DNA of 58,621 nucleotides, the filler included, from Platydemus manokwari (Eukaryota), in the NCBI GenBank assembly GCA_037951405.1. It is 5 parts of 5 records of this genome, joined end to end, with 100 filler letters (N's around TTAATTAATTAA, not from the genome) between each part and the next. Parts side by side here need not be neighbours in the genome. Positions count along the whole stretch, not along the records: positions 33,841 to 44,738 come from JBBMOY011075520.1; positions 44,839 to 58,621 come from JBBMOY011623628.1; 3 more parts are not named here. One strand, given 5' to 3'. The notes below the pieces were generated by a model. It was not told the DNA's origin, ran no database searches, and saw nothing but the letters and a program-made list of their open reading frames with translations. The position numbers and the translations under genes are program-made. Positions 38,004 to 51,118 of the stretch are shown piece after piece. Numbering within the stretch: the first letter of the stretch is position 1; every line of letters starts with the position of its first letter.

Positions 38004-39377
38004 AACCAGGTTCGTTGTCATGGCTGCATTGTTTTATTAATTTAATTTTGTTTGCGTTTGTTTTCTCTGCAAAAATATTTTCTGTTTATTGTAATTTATT
38101 ATTATATTTTTAAGTTCATTAAAATTTTGAGAATATTTTGTTTGTAATATGATTTAAAATATTTCTTCGTAATAAATGCAATGTGAGTTTATTTTTTGTT
38201 GTTAGATTTCTTCAGTTATTTAGGTAAACAATTCAAATCATATTATTGATTGTTTCTTGCTTTATAATTTAAATATTTTATTGATTATTTCTTATAATAT
38301 ATAGGACGGAATGTTGAAAAAATTTTTGTAATTTAATTTTACTTTCATAATCTCGAGCGCTGAAAAGTCATTTTCATATTATCAAGTGTTGAGAATTGAT
38401 TATTTCAGCTTTCATTATTTCAAATGTTGAATTAAAATTTGAGCAATTAAATATATTGCGTGTCTCATAAACTTTTATAATTGAATCTATTACAATTTTT
38501 ATAATTAAATTCTTGTAAAACATATCCCAATTCATATAATTAAAAATATATCTAAATCATATCTCTAATGACCATTATTACTGATGACTGTTCATGGGTG
38601 TCTTGTCATTAAAACATTTCATTTCTTTATGATGACTGTTCATATGTATCTTACAAAACAAATAATAATAAAAGGTACCCATAAGGCTTGGTGAATATGT
38701 GGGTTTGTGAATCTCCCTGTCTAATCGTAATTTATGGATGAAATGAAATTGTACTATCGATAACCGACAACAACGACCAAATTTAATAAAATGCTACTCA
38801 AGTTCTGAATTATTTATCAACAATTAATTATGAATAAAATTAGACTTGTTAGAATCACTTATAAGTAGATTCGAAACAATGCAGATTTTAGTCAAACAGA
38901 AGTCGACTATTTAATAAAAAGCTAAAACCTATCTAACATCCACGATAAATTTACATAAAATAATTGAATGTACAAGCTTCCAAATATCAATGAACTGTTC
39001 TGTAGTTCCGTCATTGATGACTGAGAACCTGTCCTGTTTGCTTTGAAAATACATTTTAACAAATCTTTACGTTGTGATTACTTGGATAAATTAAACTGGT
39101 ACTCTAAATCAGTAAATTTTTCTTTCGAATGTATACAATTTAGTTTGCATGTTTTAAAATTATGTACGTTGTCCTAATGCTCAAAATGAACCAAGAAGAT
39201 CTTTATTATTGTTTAATTTGGTCATCATTAAGTAGGAATTAGCAATTGTAAATGAAGAAAATTGTAAATAAAAAATAATAACATGTAAACCCCAATGTTA
39301 GCCTGATTTATATTTTATTTCAGAACAAACTACAAAAAACCTTAACTATAAATCAATCAAAACTGATTTAAATGTTT

Positions 39378-40575
39378 TCATTCTTTTTTAGGTAACAGTG
39401 GTGTCTTTTCAGTGACATTCAGTTTATCATTTCCTTTATTACTCTCCTCCGGTTTCTCTTGATGATGCAATGAAGTCAATTCTTCAGCGCTTGTTTCTCT
39501 TTTATAAGATAATTTCTTTGATTTAACATCTTTAATATCCCTGGTGATGCTTGTTTGTGGCAAAATATTTCCTTAATTTAAACTGTTTAATTTTTTGAAA
39601 GTTTAAATTTACCTTTAACATCTGAAAATGTCGGAGAAGAAGTCTTTTGTCTTTGTTCGCTTTTAGTTACAAAAACATTTGGATCGTAAACTTTCCAATT
39701 ACATACCAGTATCATTTTCAAATAAAAAATTAATTACTTGATAATTGTTTTTCACTAATGTCTCCAAGTTGTTCAATTCCTTTTATTTTTTCGTCATAAC
39801 TGTCTTCTTCTATATCTCCTTCTTTAATATCTGGAAGTTCAGATATTTTCATACCCTGAAGAAAGTCTTAGTTTAAAAAATACAATACATTTACTACCGG
39901 TTTGCCACCGGCGTATAAAATCGGTTGATATCCTGCTTCGTAATCTTGTTTTTCAGCTTCTTCTCCACCTGCCATTTCTCGTTCCGCCATTGCTTGGTAC
40001 ATCATTTCTTCTTCCGGTGTAAATACATCATAGCCCCTGGTAGTAAATTCATCGAAAATAACGAGCCCCAAAGTAACTATTCGAAAAAGTAGCATACATA
40101 TACCCAATAATGTACCTCCCATAACGATAATAACTCTTGTTTTATGAAATAAATCAAAATCAGCGAAGTTTTTCACAACCGTGTAGGCACTTTGAGAAAC
40201 GTAAACATCATTGTCAGAAGCTAATACATCAGAACCGAATGTCTTCACGGTAGGATTTTCAAACCAATTTGTAAATTCATCTATTCCTACACCCAATCCA
40301 ATAGCAGCAACAATCATAGCTAGAAACGTTATCAAAACTGCTACTCTTAGAAAAGTTGGATGGAATCTTGCAAATGGCATCATCATTGCTATACTTAAGA
40401 ATACCATTCCAACCCATATACCAGTAGCATGGTACCATGGCGGATAGACATTTTTTTGACGAATTGGAGTTGTAAGAAGCATTCCTCCGATTCCAAATGG
40501 AACGCAAATGATTCCAAGAGTAAATAATGTCCAATTGGCGCTAGTATCTATGTAATAAAGAAACTTAAGACCCAT
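39378..40575 (-). CDS. Four-transmembrane CD20/MS4A-like membrane protein with long charged C-terminal tail (about 358 aa)
   Basis: Exons 40575-39889, 39855-39738, 39690-39613 and 39571-39378 (TGA), with GT-AG introns of 33, 47 and 41 nt in phase. Four hydrophobic segments, a TM2-start motif ATGIWVG similar to the CD20-like family, and a C-terminal EKTPLL dileucine motif. The family assignment is tentative. Confidence 0.75.
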
Positions 40576-43149
40576 AGCCGATCAGAACACAATAAATTCA
40601 AATTCTAGGGTTTTTAAAAATAATTTATTATTTTAATAATAATCTATAAATAATCGAACATATTTTTAATTCAATACTATAATAATATCTAATCAACTAT
40701 TACTTAACAAAGAAAATTTATCAAATGGAATCCTCACTTCGTTAATACAACAAATTGTTAACTAATGGTCTCATATTTATTAAACTAATTTAATATACTA
40801 TATTTATTGTGATATTATTATTGTTTTGCTATATAGACATAATGACACTTAATGATTAGTACATATTTCTAGATTATAGGAACTCATAATTTTATGATAT
40901 AATAACTCATGGTGAAGAGTTAAGCCATTTATTAGCACTAAATATATCATGATTCAATCAACATGTCAAATTTTATGAAATTAAAATGACTTTGCAACAG
41001 AAATCATGTTTAAAGATGTCATTCACCCAAAGTACGCTATAAATTTTTTATAAAAGTTTTATGTATTAGTGTTCTAGAAGGAAATTTAAATGGAGTAATT
41101 TAATTTGTAAATTCCAAATGACTGTAGTTAGACTGTTTGTTTAGTATTTTTTGCTATTTAGTATTTATTGTTATTTCTTTGTTAAGTTTACAGGTTTCTA
41201 AATTTTCAGATTTTTAGCATATCAATCGATTTCTTGTTTATTAATCTTAATTTTCTAACCATACGGATTTTTTCAACATTCCTTAAACTCTTATAGCTAT
41301 AAAACATGCTTAATTTATTGAGTTTCATTTTACAATTTTACTATGAAGTTATAGTTTCTGTTTCCTTGGAACTCAAATCAATAATAGTTTGTTACTTTAT
41401 TTTTGTAATACACCGTTTATACTATCGTCCTTTATTTTTTATTTATTATTTTTCCCTCTTTTCCTTCTATTTCTGGTCACATTAAATACAAAATTTTCGA
41501 ATATTCACGCAATTCAATCTAGTTATTGACTTCTCTCAGACCTAACTAGTGTATTCATTGGCTTCTTCCGAAGGTCAAGCAGTCCAGGAAATGTTGAATG
41601 GAATCGAGTTATTGGTGTTATTTATATGTATATTTTTAGATTTATATTAGAGTGAGATTTTATCGATTTAATAGACTAGTTGTACAGAAAAAATTGCTAA
41701 ATTTTATTTCAACATAAAAATTTTCGTTTCGAGATGGTTGGATATCGCTCAACTCATTTTTAGTTTGTATGTTTCGTTGGCCTTCAGTAGTTGTCTTCCT
41801 ACACTGGGTTTTTGTAATTTTTGATGAATTTATAGATGGTCAGTATAAATATTATTCATTTTATTAAATTTTTTCATTATAAAATTGATTTCGGGATCTT
41901 AAGGTGCTTCGATAGCGAGTATGAGAAATACATAATTGGAAAAACTAGCTATCTAAAGGTCTAACGTTAATTTAATTTAAGCTGAATGTCATCTGATTGA
42001 GTATAGCAAAATCGTTACTAAATAAAACTAAATTGTAATACTTTTTAAAAGTAAAAACCAATTTAAACAATGAATACCACTGAACACTTAATAGTATTTT
42101 AGTTCCAATTTAATCTTAAATCGATATTCAATATGAAGTAGACTGTAAAAGACAATTATCTTGTGCAAATAAGTTTATTGAGAAAAATGAAGTACACTAG
42201 TCAATACTAAAAGTGAACAAAACACTCTTAGTAAACCATGCCTAATACACCACGAAAGCAGATTATTAGGAATCCTAAGTGGACGTAGAAGATGAAAAAA
42301 GTGTGCTGAATATTTGAATTAAATAATGATCATATGAATTTATATTTCTCGACGATCATTAAAATTCAACTATCGATTAATCCATCTATTGAATAATTTC
42401 CGCTTACCATTTTTTCGTTACTAAGATTCACAACGACGATCGTGGTAGTTAAATTATAATTTGCGGTTTCACAATGTGTTTCGCTGTGGTATTAATAATT
42501 TTGTTTGATAGGCTTCTCAATCAGTTATTTGTACTTGATCGACTACACGGTGACTACTTAATTAGATAAATTTTTTACATTATTTAAATGTCGTTTAATA
42601 CAAAACTTGTTAATTATCGCTATTAATTAATTATTTTCTTATATTTATTTATATTTATTTTATTTGCAATGACATTAATTTTTTATATTACATAGAAATA
42701 ATAGACAACAATAAACCATGAAATTATTAATCAGAATCAAATAAAATAATTCACAAAAGTAACCAATCAATAATTAATTGAATTGTTAATCAATTAAAAT
42801 AACCAATAAAACCATATCTAAATTATTTTTCTTGAAATGTAAAAATTGAATTTCTAAGTCAGTCAGAATTATGAATCGGACTCAATTTATTTTTCAATAA
42901 ATGTAAAATCAAGAATCAGAATTAAAATATTTTAAATATTTGATCTGCTGAACTGTAATTGTTAATGGTTACTGACTGGAATGAACAGTTGATTTTGGTT
43001 GTTAAATAAATGGATGGCTTTTATTCATTCTCAAACTTGTTCAAACTTGTACAAACTATAGACCCCTTTTCATCGCTTTCGTACATCCATGGACTCCTTC
43101 TGCGTTTCTTCTACAATAAGAAAACCTTTAAAGTACGTTCTCATAACGA

Positions 43150-43400
43150 TTGAACCCGTTAATTTAATGATTCTAGTCACATCACATTTACTTACAAGTG
43201 TTCAGATGAGCTCAAAACAATTCAGTTGAATCTATATCCCACCAATATATGTGTTTGCAGAATTATATTATTCACATTGAGTGGATCATTTTATGATCAG
43301 TGCTGTGTCTAAAATACTCCTTGGCGTGAAGCTCAGTTAATTCTAATACACCTAGTGTAAATTTGATAACATGCCTAGTGTCTTTGATTGGGAACGAAGA
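43150..43400 (+). mobile_element. CR1/L2-like LINE reverse transcriptase remnant
   Basis: FNDSSHITFTYKCSDELKT resembles YINDL...FADDLK, and the downstream ILLGVKL / KFDN resemble KYLGV.FD. Frameshifted and decayed. Confidence 0.35.
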
Positions 43401-44063
43401 TCTTAAGAAATGAACTAAAAACTTAATTGCTAAGAGCCAACTAGGCCAACATTTTTCAATATGTTTATTATTAATAAACTTTTTACAAATATTAACAATA
43501 CAAGGAATTTAATTTTTCTTATAATTTTCATTGGTTTATGAAATGGTGGATCCAGTGAAACGGCTGATTGAATATTATAAACGATATCGAAATTTAGGTA
43601 AATATATTAAGGTCATAGCGTCAAACACGGTTGTATATGCCGACTACTCTTATTCCAGTTTAACTACATTCTAAATATTTTATGAATTTCCTTAATTGAT
43701 ATGTTAGACACTCACAAATATTTCGAGTTTTAATGCCTTTTATCAATTAAATATTATTCGAATAAATCACCTCTAATATTAATAAAAATTTTTATTATTC
43801 TCATAACAAAAACTTGATTTAATCAAGAAAATACCAATCGTTATTACATTGATATTTTCGTTAACAAATTTTCAAAATCTTCCATATCAAAACAATTTTT
43901 CATTCACTATGATAAATTGTCAAACATGATGTCTTCACATCTAAAGAATGTCTTAGCTAAACAAATAAATGGCACGACAAATAAAACAAGAGATGAAATC
44001 ACAATGAAATCAATGGTTCACCAAAGATTTCAAATCAAACGACTTAATCAATAATTAAACCAT

Positions 44064-44704
44064 TTAAGATTGTTTCACGACATATCCATGCCAAATCTGT
44101 TTACCCGTGTTCCAATATTTAGGTAATGTGCTTTTGAAATATTTTACCAAAATACATTTGTTTCCTTTATCTCCAAAATAAAACATTTTACATTGGATAT
44201 CCTGAAGGCATCTAGAAGAAATTATGAATAAAGTTTTACAAAAATATAAAATATTTACAAAATCCCACATTGTTGTTTAGTTTTCACTACCCGATTCTCA
44301 TAGCAACCCGTTGGATTATCATTGTTGTAGATATTGATATCATCTTTCACAAATTTTTTTGAATTGCAATCCGATGATTTATCATAAACACATACAAATT
44401 TTGCTTTTCCATGTGGGCCCTTGTCAGCAATTTGTTTTAAGTACATAATTGTATAATCTTCACCTTTATAACTGTTTCTTGGATCCGTCCGATTCCATAA
44501 TTTTTCAATTTTAGCAACTGAACCATCAGAATTCAACCATTTAGTTTTATTGCGATATCTTTCAATAAATAAATCGATAATACCGAGAAAATAATATTCG
44601 GACGCATTGATGACCTTTTTAATAACTTGTTCTTTTTTATCATTAACTAATCGTCCATTAATATGAAATTCTTGATCATCCCCCATATTCGCCAGATTTG
44701 TCTC
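44064..44704 (-). CDS. C-type lectin-like domain + PAN/Apple domain protein, 5' partial
   Basis: Exon 44704-44259 (TNLANMGDDQE..YYFLGIID..KWLNSDGS..LWNRTDPRN..FVC, a CTLD pattern) splices via a 47-nt GT-AG intron to exon 44211-44064, giving TKQQCGILCLQDIQCKMFYF..NKCIL (PAN CxxxC-C-C pattern). The contig ends at 44738. Confidence 0.78.
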
Positions 44705-44738
44705 CTACCGACTATCACTTTTTCCGAAATTTGGAAAA

Positions 44739-44838
44739 NNNNNNNNNNNNNNNNNNNNNNNNNNNNNNNNNNNNNNNNNNNNTTAATTAATTAANNNNNN
44801 NNNNNNNNNNNNNNNNNNNNNNNNNNNNNNNNNNNNNN
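44739..44838. other. Artificial contig-joining spacer N44-TTAATTAATTAA-N44
   Basis: Same 100-nt structure. Confidence 0.97.
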
Positions 44839-47800
44839 TTATTATTATTACTATTATTATTATTATTATTGTCAATATTCTTTATTCGTTCTATCACTGA
44901 TTACAAAGTAAAATTCATTATCAAGTAACATAACTTTTCAATTAATTTTTATTTGGTGAAATATCGCAATTTCGGTGTGCATATTATTATAATCACACAT
45001 TCACCACGTTGGCAAAATTGTTGCTAGATTTTTATTATGTCTGCCACTTTGAACACTCTTGTTCTACGTGTTTTTGTAACTTTTATCTTGTGTAACACAA
45101 GCTTCAGTCATGCTGCGACCTCAACACCTTTATTTATATCATTAATGATGGCCCACAAGTAGCATAATTCAAAAGGTGTGCCTTACCCGGAAATTATTAT
45201 GAAAATTTTTAATGATAAATATAACTCACGATGACAATTTTAGTTGGATTTTGAATCTGATGTTGAATTTATTTGTTTTATTAAAATAAAGTATCAAGGT
45301 CTAAACACAATCAAAACACATCTTTCTCGAATCATAAACCAGTAAAAATCTACAATGAAATTTTTGTATTTATATATTTTTTAAGATTTATACTATCGAA
45401 TTCGCTTCCAACCATTATCAGTTCAAAAGCGTATTTGTTGAACACCTTGCACCACTGATTTCTTTTAACAAATAGTCAAACAAGTACATTTTATATCAGT
45501 TAATTTTTGAGAATTTTTGCTACGAAATAAATCACTTATTGAATCATATTTCATTAGGTTATTGTTAAATGGAACATTTTTTATAATAAAATCTGTATTT
45601 AGTTATTGATCTTTTCACAAATTATTATTTTGTATTCAAATAAACTATGATTTTAATTAAATAAAATATGATCTTGGATTTTATCAGTTTTTATAAAACA
45701 TAAACTTGTGGTTTGCCAACTACTTGAACTTTAAAGTAACTGATATTGGTAATAAATGAAATAATTTATATAAATATAAAAGTAGTAATGTAGAACCTTT
45801 AAAATTTAGCTTAATGTACTATCGCAATGTATATATATTTTTAATATATACTATAGCAGACGGCAGAATAGCAATTAAAATGTTGGCTATGGTTGTCTTC
45901 TTCTACTTAGATTTTTTTCAAAATAGGTGGTGTATGATTCTGAACAATTTTGTTGTAAATTATAAAAAAATATTAAGGATACGTTTGTTTTATTTATAAT
46001 TATAAAACTGATTCTGTTAAAAAAAGCCAAACTGTTTTTCTGTCAGAAATTAAAGTTGTTATGGACAGAGCTGTCCTTAAGATTAAAAAGTAATAAGGGT
46101 CAGTAGTGTGATGTTATGTTAAGATGGGGAATAAGCAGACTAATTTTCTTTCAGTTCTAATTATTCATTAAATGGATATGCGCATATGGCCAATTGAAAT
46201 GCTAAGTTTTCCTTGCACAACAAAAGTAATCATTATTTTTAAAATTTCTCTGCTTATTATTATTAATTAAAGTTGATCAGATTCTTCTCAGATTAAAGTG
46301 ATTAATAAAGAGAACCAACTCAGATAAAATCATAATATAGTCTTTCCATGTATACTAACGATAGTGTATGTATTTCATAATGGATGGATTAATTTAAATT
46401 GTTTGTTAAAAGTGTATGCAAGTGCTTAAATTTCAATTCCAAATAAAATGAATTTGGAATTGACTCAATAAATAGATCTTCAGCTAACTCGTATGAAGGC
46501 GTCCTTACAGGGATAAGCAGTAATGGCAGAAAATTAAATTATTATAATTATATGTGTTACACGTTGATAGTAATTACATGACGAACATTTATACGTAATT
46601 AAGATCTAGTTTGCACAATAAGATATTAATAAATAATAAATATAAATAAATTACATCATGATGTGAAGTATTTTAATTAGTTCATTGAATCATTTATTAC
46701 TTTATATAATAGTGTGTGTGAATATGCATGTGCCTAAAATCGTGCGTCTTCATTAAGGAATCAACATTGGCAATAATTCTTGTGTAACAATATTTCATGT
46801 GCAACAGTTCCACCTGAATAAACAATTTTTGGGAAAACTTTTTATTGTTATATTTTGATGAGGGTAGCGATTATGTATTAATTTGATATATGTGGCAATT
46901 GTGTATTAATTATATGTAGCAATTTTTATCTGTTGAAAAATTGTAACAATTTGCATTTCTGTCTGAATGAATATTTATATTAATTTATTTTTATTTATTT
47001 TCCAAAAAGAACTTCTGGACAGTTTAATTAATATAATAAAATATCAATATTATTAATTAAGTACACGGTTTAGGATATAGGAAAAATATTTATGATATTT
47101 ATAATAAACTAAGGTTTTAATAATATAAAATATGTTATTAAATTTAATTTGATAAGGGTTAAATAATTAAAAATTTTCAATATTAATTCATGGTTAGGAA
47201 TTTTATCTATAGAATTAAAAGTGAAATCTCAATAGAATAAAATAAAATGAATAAAAATAAACCAGAATGTGGAATGATTAAAATCCAGTTGTGAAAACGT
47301 GTAAATAGAGGTTCAAACATCAGAACCTTGCCCCTTAACAGAGATAAGGAAACCACTAGCTATTTTGATAGACATATTGCCATTCATTTTATAACATGAG
47401 TCCAATTTTTATTGAAATCACTGATTCGTATTATAGTCATTGTATATTTCCTACTACCGAGTTTATACTCAATGTCCTTGACAAGTAAAAGTTTTACTCC
47501 AGGAGAAAAAGTTTATTAACCATGTTCTTATTTAGAACTTTGATAAGGTTATTTCGTATAAAAGCTAATTATATTGTAAAATCATTGTCATTTTATTCAT
47601 TTTTCTTGTTTGTACTCGATAATGCAAGATTATTTTATAAAGTTTATTTTCTATTTTAACATGTTTCTTTTTATTATTAATATTGATATGCAAATATTTA
47701 TTGATAAAATACCGTTTTTTCTAATACAAGTCAGACAGTGTCAGACACCATCACCAGGATTCTCTTCGTCTTTCTTCTCGCCTATCCAAGTTTGCTGGAC

Positions 47801-48144
47801 ACCTCATAATCCTCAGAACCCACATATTCGTCGTCCGAGATGTCTTTTGATCTGGTTCTTGTCTTCGATAGTAATATATATATTTATTAATATGTGAGCT
47901 TCTTGAAACAATTATAATAAACAAATTTATAGACATTAAAATTACTATTTATCAAATAATATATTTATAATATATGAATTTATTATATAATATGTTTATT
48001 GTATATGTTTATTATTATCAAGATATTTACATACAAATTATTCATGACACAAAATAAATACCTCATTATTATTAAGAAAGTATAAGAATATCAAGATCAA
48101 AAGAACATTAAAATCATCATTAAATGTCACTTATTTTTAAATCG

Positions 48145-48260
48145 AGAATGAAGAGTTCGCTTGGTTACATTCAAAAGTTATTGATGGAATTTATTGGGAT
48201 AGTAAATTCATTACACCCTATTGAGCTATTATCATGTATAAGACTTATTAACTTGACAGT
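48145..48260 (+). mobile_element. Mariner transposase remnant
   Basis: FAWLHSKVIDGIYWDSK resembles the mariner LHxKKVMLxVWWDxKG motif. Short and decayed. Confidence 0.35.
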
Positions 48261-49294
48261 GAATCCTTTATTTAAGGTTTGAAAGAGCTGCAAAATAAGA
48301 ATGTCGATTTTGTTTGTAACACTTAAACGTTGATCAGAAATCGAGATAAATCAGTTTTTTTCTGTAGAACGTTTTCTTAAGATTTTTATGTATAAAGAAG
48401 AAAATGAACAAAAACACAATGTTATTAAAATGTAGAACCCAGTTCTGCGTTACCAACGAATAAAGAAAACCTTTATTAACTCAAGCATTTAATTGTATCT
48501 GCTTTTGGGTTGTTTGTTAAATGTGATGTTTTTACAACTCAATAGCGTGAGTTCCTTTATATGTGTAACAAATTTATTATAATTAAATTTATCAAATGAG
48601 TATGCACAACTCAATAAATAATTATTGATTTAAATTTATTATTAAATGCACAATAACTTTCACAGAATTTTACCCACAATATCAATTTAAAACAAATCGG
48701 TATGGTAATCTTGCAGGGAACGCTAGACCACACTATGCTCATTAATGATTTTTAAAATATTGAGTTCATTAATATGCTTATTTGAGTTCCATAAGAATAC
48801 GATGCTTTGGTTAATAAAATATTGTTTTCTTCATTAAAAAAATTATCAATTTACCAAATATTTAAGTTTCGAAGATTATTTGTTTATTTTTTAAACTTTC
48901 GATCACGATTTTGTTGAAAGTGATTTGTGATAATTTCCATTCGCGTATATACTTGCTTATGTCAGATCCTTTGTACCTGACATTTTGCCATCACCTTCAC
49001 AAAATTATTAACATCTTATTACTTTAGACCTTAATTTAAACTTTATTATTAAGAGTCATTTGGCATTATAAATTATAAGTTAAATTTTATTCAAATTAGC
49101 TAACATTAAAAAAATAAATGCTGATAATTTGTTCAGTTTTTAATTTTATTTTGCCTTTAAATAATTAAAATTTTATAAATAATAATATTTTTATTATTAT
49201 CATTTTATACATATTCTGTATTTTTTACAAAATAGAATCAAAATCTTTGAAATCATAAATTAACAATTATCAATCATCAAACAACGCACTGATA

Positions 49295-49355
49295 TGACGC
49301 ACGTGACCTACAAAATCTGTATATAAGAGCAAGCAAATTCAGTTTGATTGCACTT
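49295..49355 (+). promoter_or_regulatory. Pol II promoter-like arrangement (CRE/E-box composite, TATA, Inr-like)
   Basis: TGACGCACGTG at 49295-49305, TATATAAG at 49320-49327, then TCAGTT and GCACTT about 20-30 nt downstream. Confidence 0.35.
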
Positions 49356-49378
49356 TATCGTAGGCGATTAATTATTTG

Positions 49379-49545
49379 AACAGACGATTACAAAATTATT
49401 ATTCCAATGAAACATTTATCTGACGAAGCATTCAACAAACGATTACCAATTTTATTATTCCGAAAAATATTTATTTTACGAAGCATTCAACGGATGATTA
49501 CAAATTTATTATTTTTACGACGAAACCTTTATTGACAAAACATTC
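49379..49545. repeat. Three tandem copies of a 55-bp unit
   Basis: Units start at 49379, 49434 and 49489: aac..acgattac.aa.ttattatt....acgaagcattc. Confidence 0.85.
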
Positions 49546-50863
49546 AAACGAATAGTTTATTGATCTATTGAAATTTTGAAGAAGCCCTCCGGCTACTCAG
49601 TCTATTATTATTTGAAGAAGTCTACGGCAAATCATTATACCTTTGATTCAAATCCGATTATTTACATTTTTGCAACAATGATGAGTAAAATTTAATGTTT
49701 TTATTACGCGCCCACAGCTATCAAGATAGCTGTACGGTTGTTCTAAATTTGCTAGGTTCTACTTACTATCTCCCACTTTCTTTTTTTAACCACTAGGATT
49801 GTCTCGACAACTAGTTGGGCTAATCTGACTCTTCTCCTGAAGGGTCTAGCCGCCCACAATAGAATTGTACCTTATAAAGTATATTAAAATTCGATTTATA
49901 TCGTTACTAAACTTATTTTATTGTTTTCGTTTATTTAATAATTTATTTTCATATTTTTTAGGATAAGTTCATAATTTACCTGTTTATTTATATCTTAACT
50001 ATTATTATTATAATAAGATAATAATAATAATAATAATAATAATAACTATTATTATTAAAAAATTATTATTATATTCGAACATTTCCTATGTATCTGATTC
50101 GAGCAGATTCAGTTAGGAACAAAATCGCAACCTATTCTTATATTCTAATATTCATCTTCAATTCTATAATTTAAGCTACATTCATGGAAAACTTATAACA
50201 CCAGAATTTTAATTTGACTTCATTTCGTTACTATATCTTCATAAAACCCCAACAGTTTTATATTTATTGGTTTGACCACAAGGATCTTAGTCATCATCCC
50301 AGTTCTTCTTACCCTCGGTCTGTTTCTTCTCTCCCGAGAACTTTTCAAACTGTGTCACTGCTGCCAAGTATTATGAGCTTGATTTTCATTTTGATTCTTT
50401 GCTTACAAGGTTATATTTTTTTGATGTGGTATGATATCTTGTTAATTCTTATTCGGCGTTTTTATTTTTCCATGCACCGTGTGAGCTAACGATGATAGCA
50501 AACCTTTCGTACTCCGATACATTCAATTTTTTCACTATCTGAGTAGAGTATAAGTCTGTTTATTTTTCCAGCAGAATAAAAGAATTAAAAACAATAGAAA
50601 ATCTAGTATCCCTATTGATTTTAGAATATCTCTGTGGAGCATGTGAAAAAACCATAAAATTTCTACCAAGACTATGGATTTACCCTCAATAAGTCGGTCT
50701 CACACAGATTTGAAGACCACACGTGCGTCAGCCAACAACATGTCTCCAAAATATGAACAGATAAATATGATTCAATAAATCATTGATTTACACCAACAAC
50801 AAGCAACGAATATCGATTACGCAAATGACCCAAGTAAATAAGCTAGTTTTAAAATGGTTCTGA

Positions 50864-51118
50864 TTAATAAGAATAAAGTTTCAAGACAAAAAGTAAACTG
50901 GCATATGCATTCATCATGACTATATATAGTGACCCTTTGAGAGTTATTCTGATTGTATTATGATTGTTTTTATCGATTTTATGATCGCCTATCGAAATTG
51001 TATAATAAAGAATGATATTGTTGAATGAGACTAAATCTTGCAAAAGAATAACGGATTTGCTCTTTGGGACCCTTGTTTTAGCACTTGAAAACATTTGCAT
51101 GTCTGCACAACTATGCAC
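50864..51118 (-). mobile_element. LINE reverse transcriptase remnant
   Basis: HSCADMQMF resembles HxYADDxQ; ISIGDHKI and IVMMNAYASLLFVLK resemble the downstream L2/CR1 RT region. Confidence 0.35.

Noticed and set aside
47150-47900. piggyBac remnant (GGGTTAA end and acidic peptide SDDEYVGSEDYE on the minus strand)
   Set aside because: No matching TTAACCC end or catalytic-domain similarity found.
49379-49545. CRISPR-like array
   Set aside because: Whole units are homologous with no unique spacers, there are no cas genes, and the context is eukaryotic.
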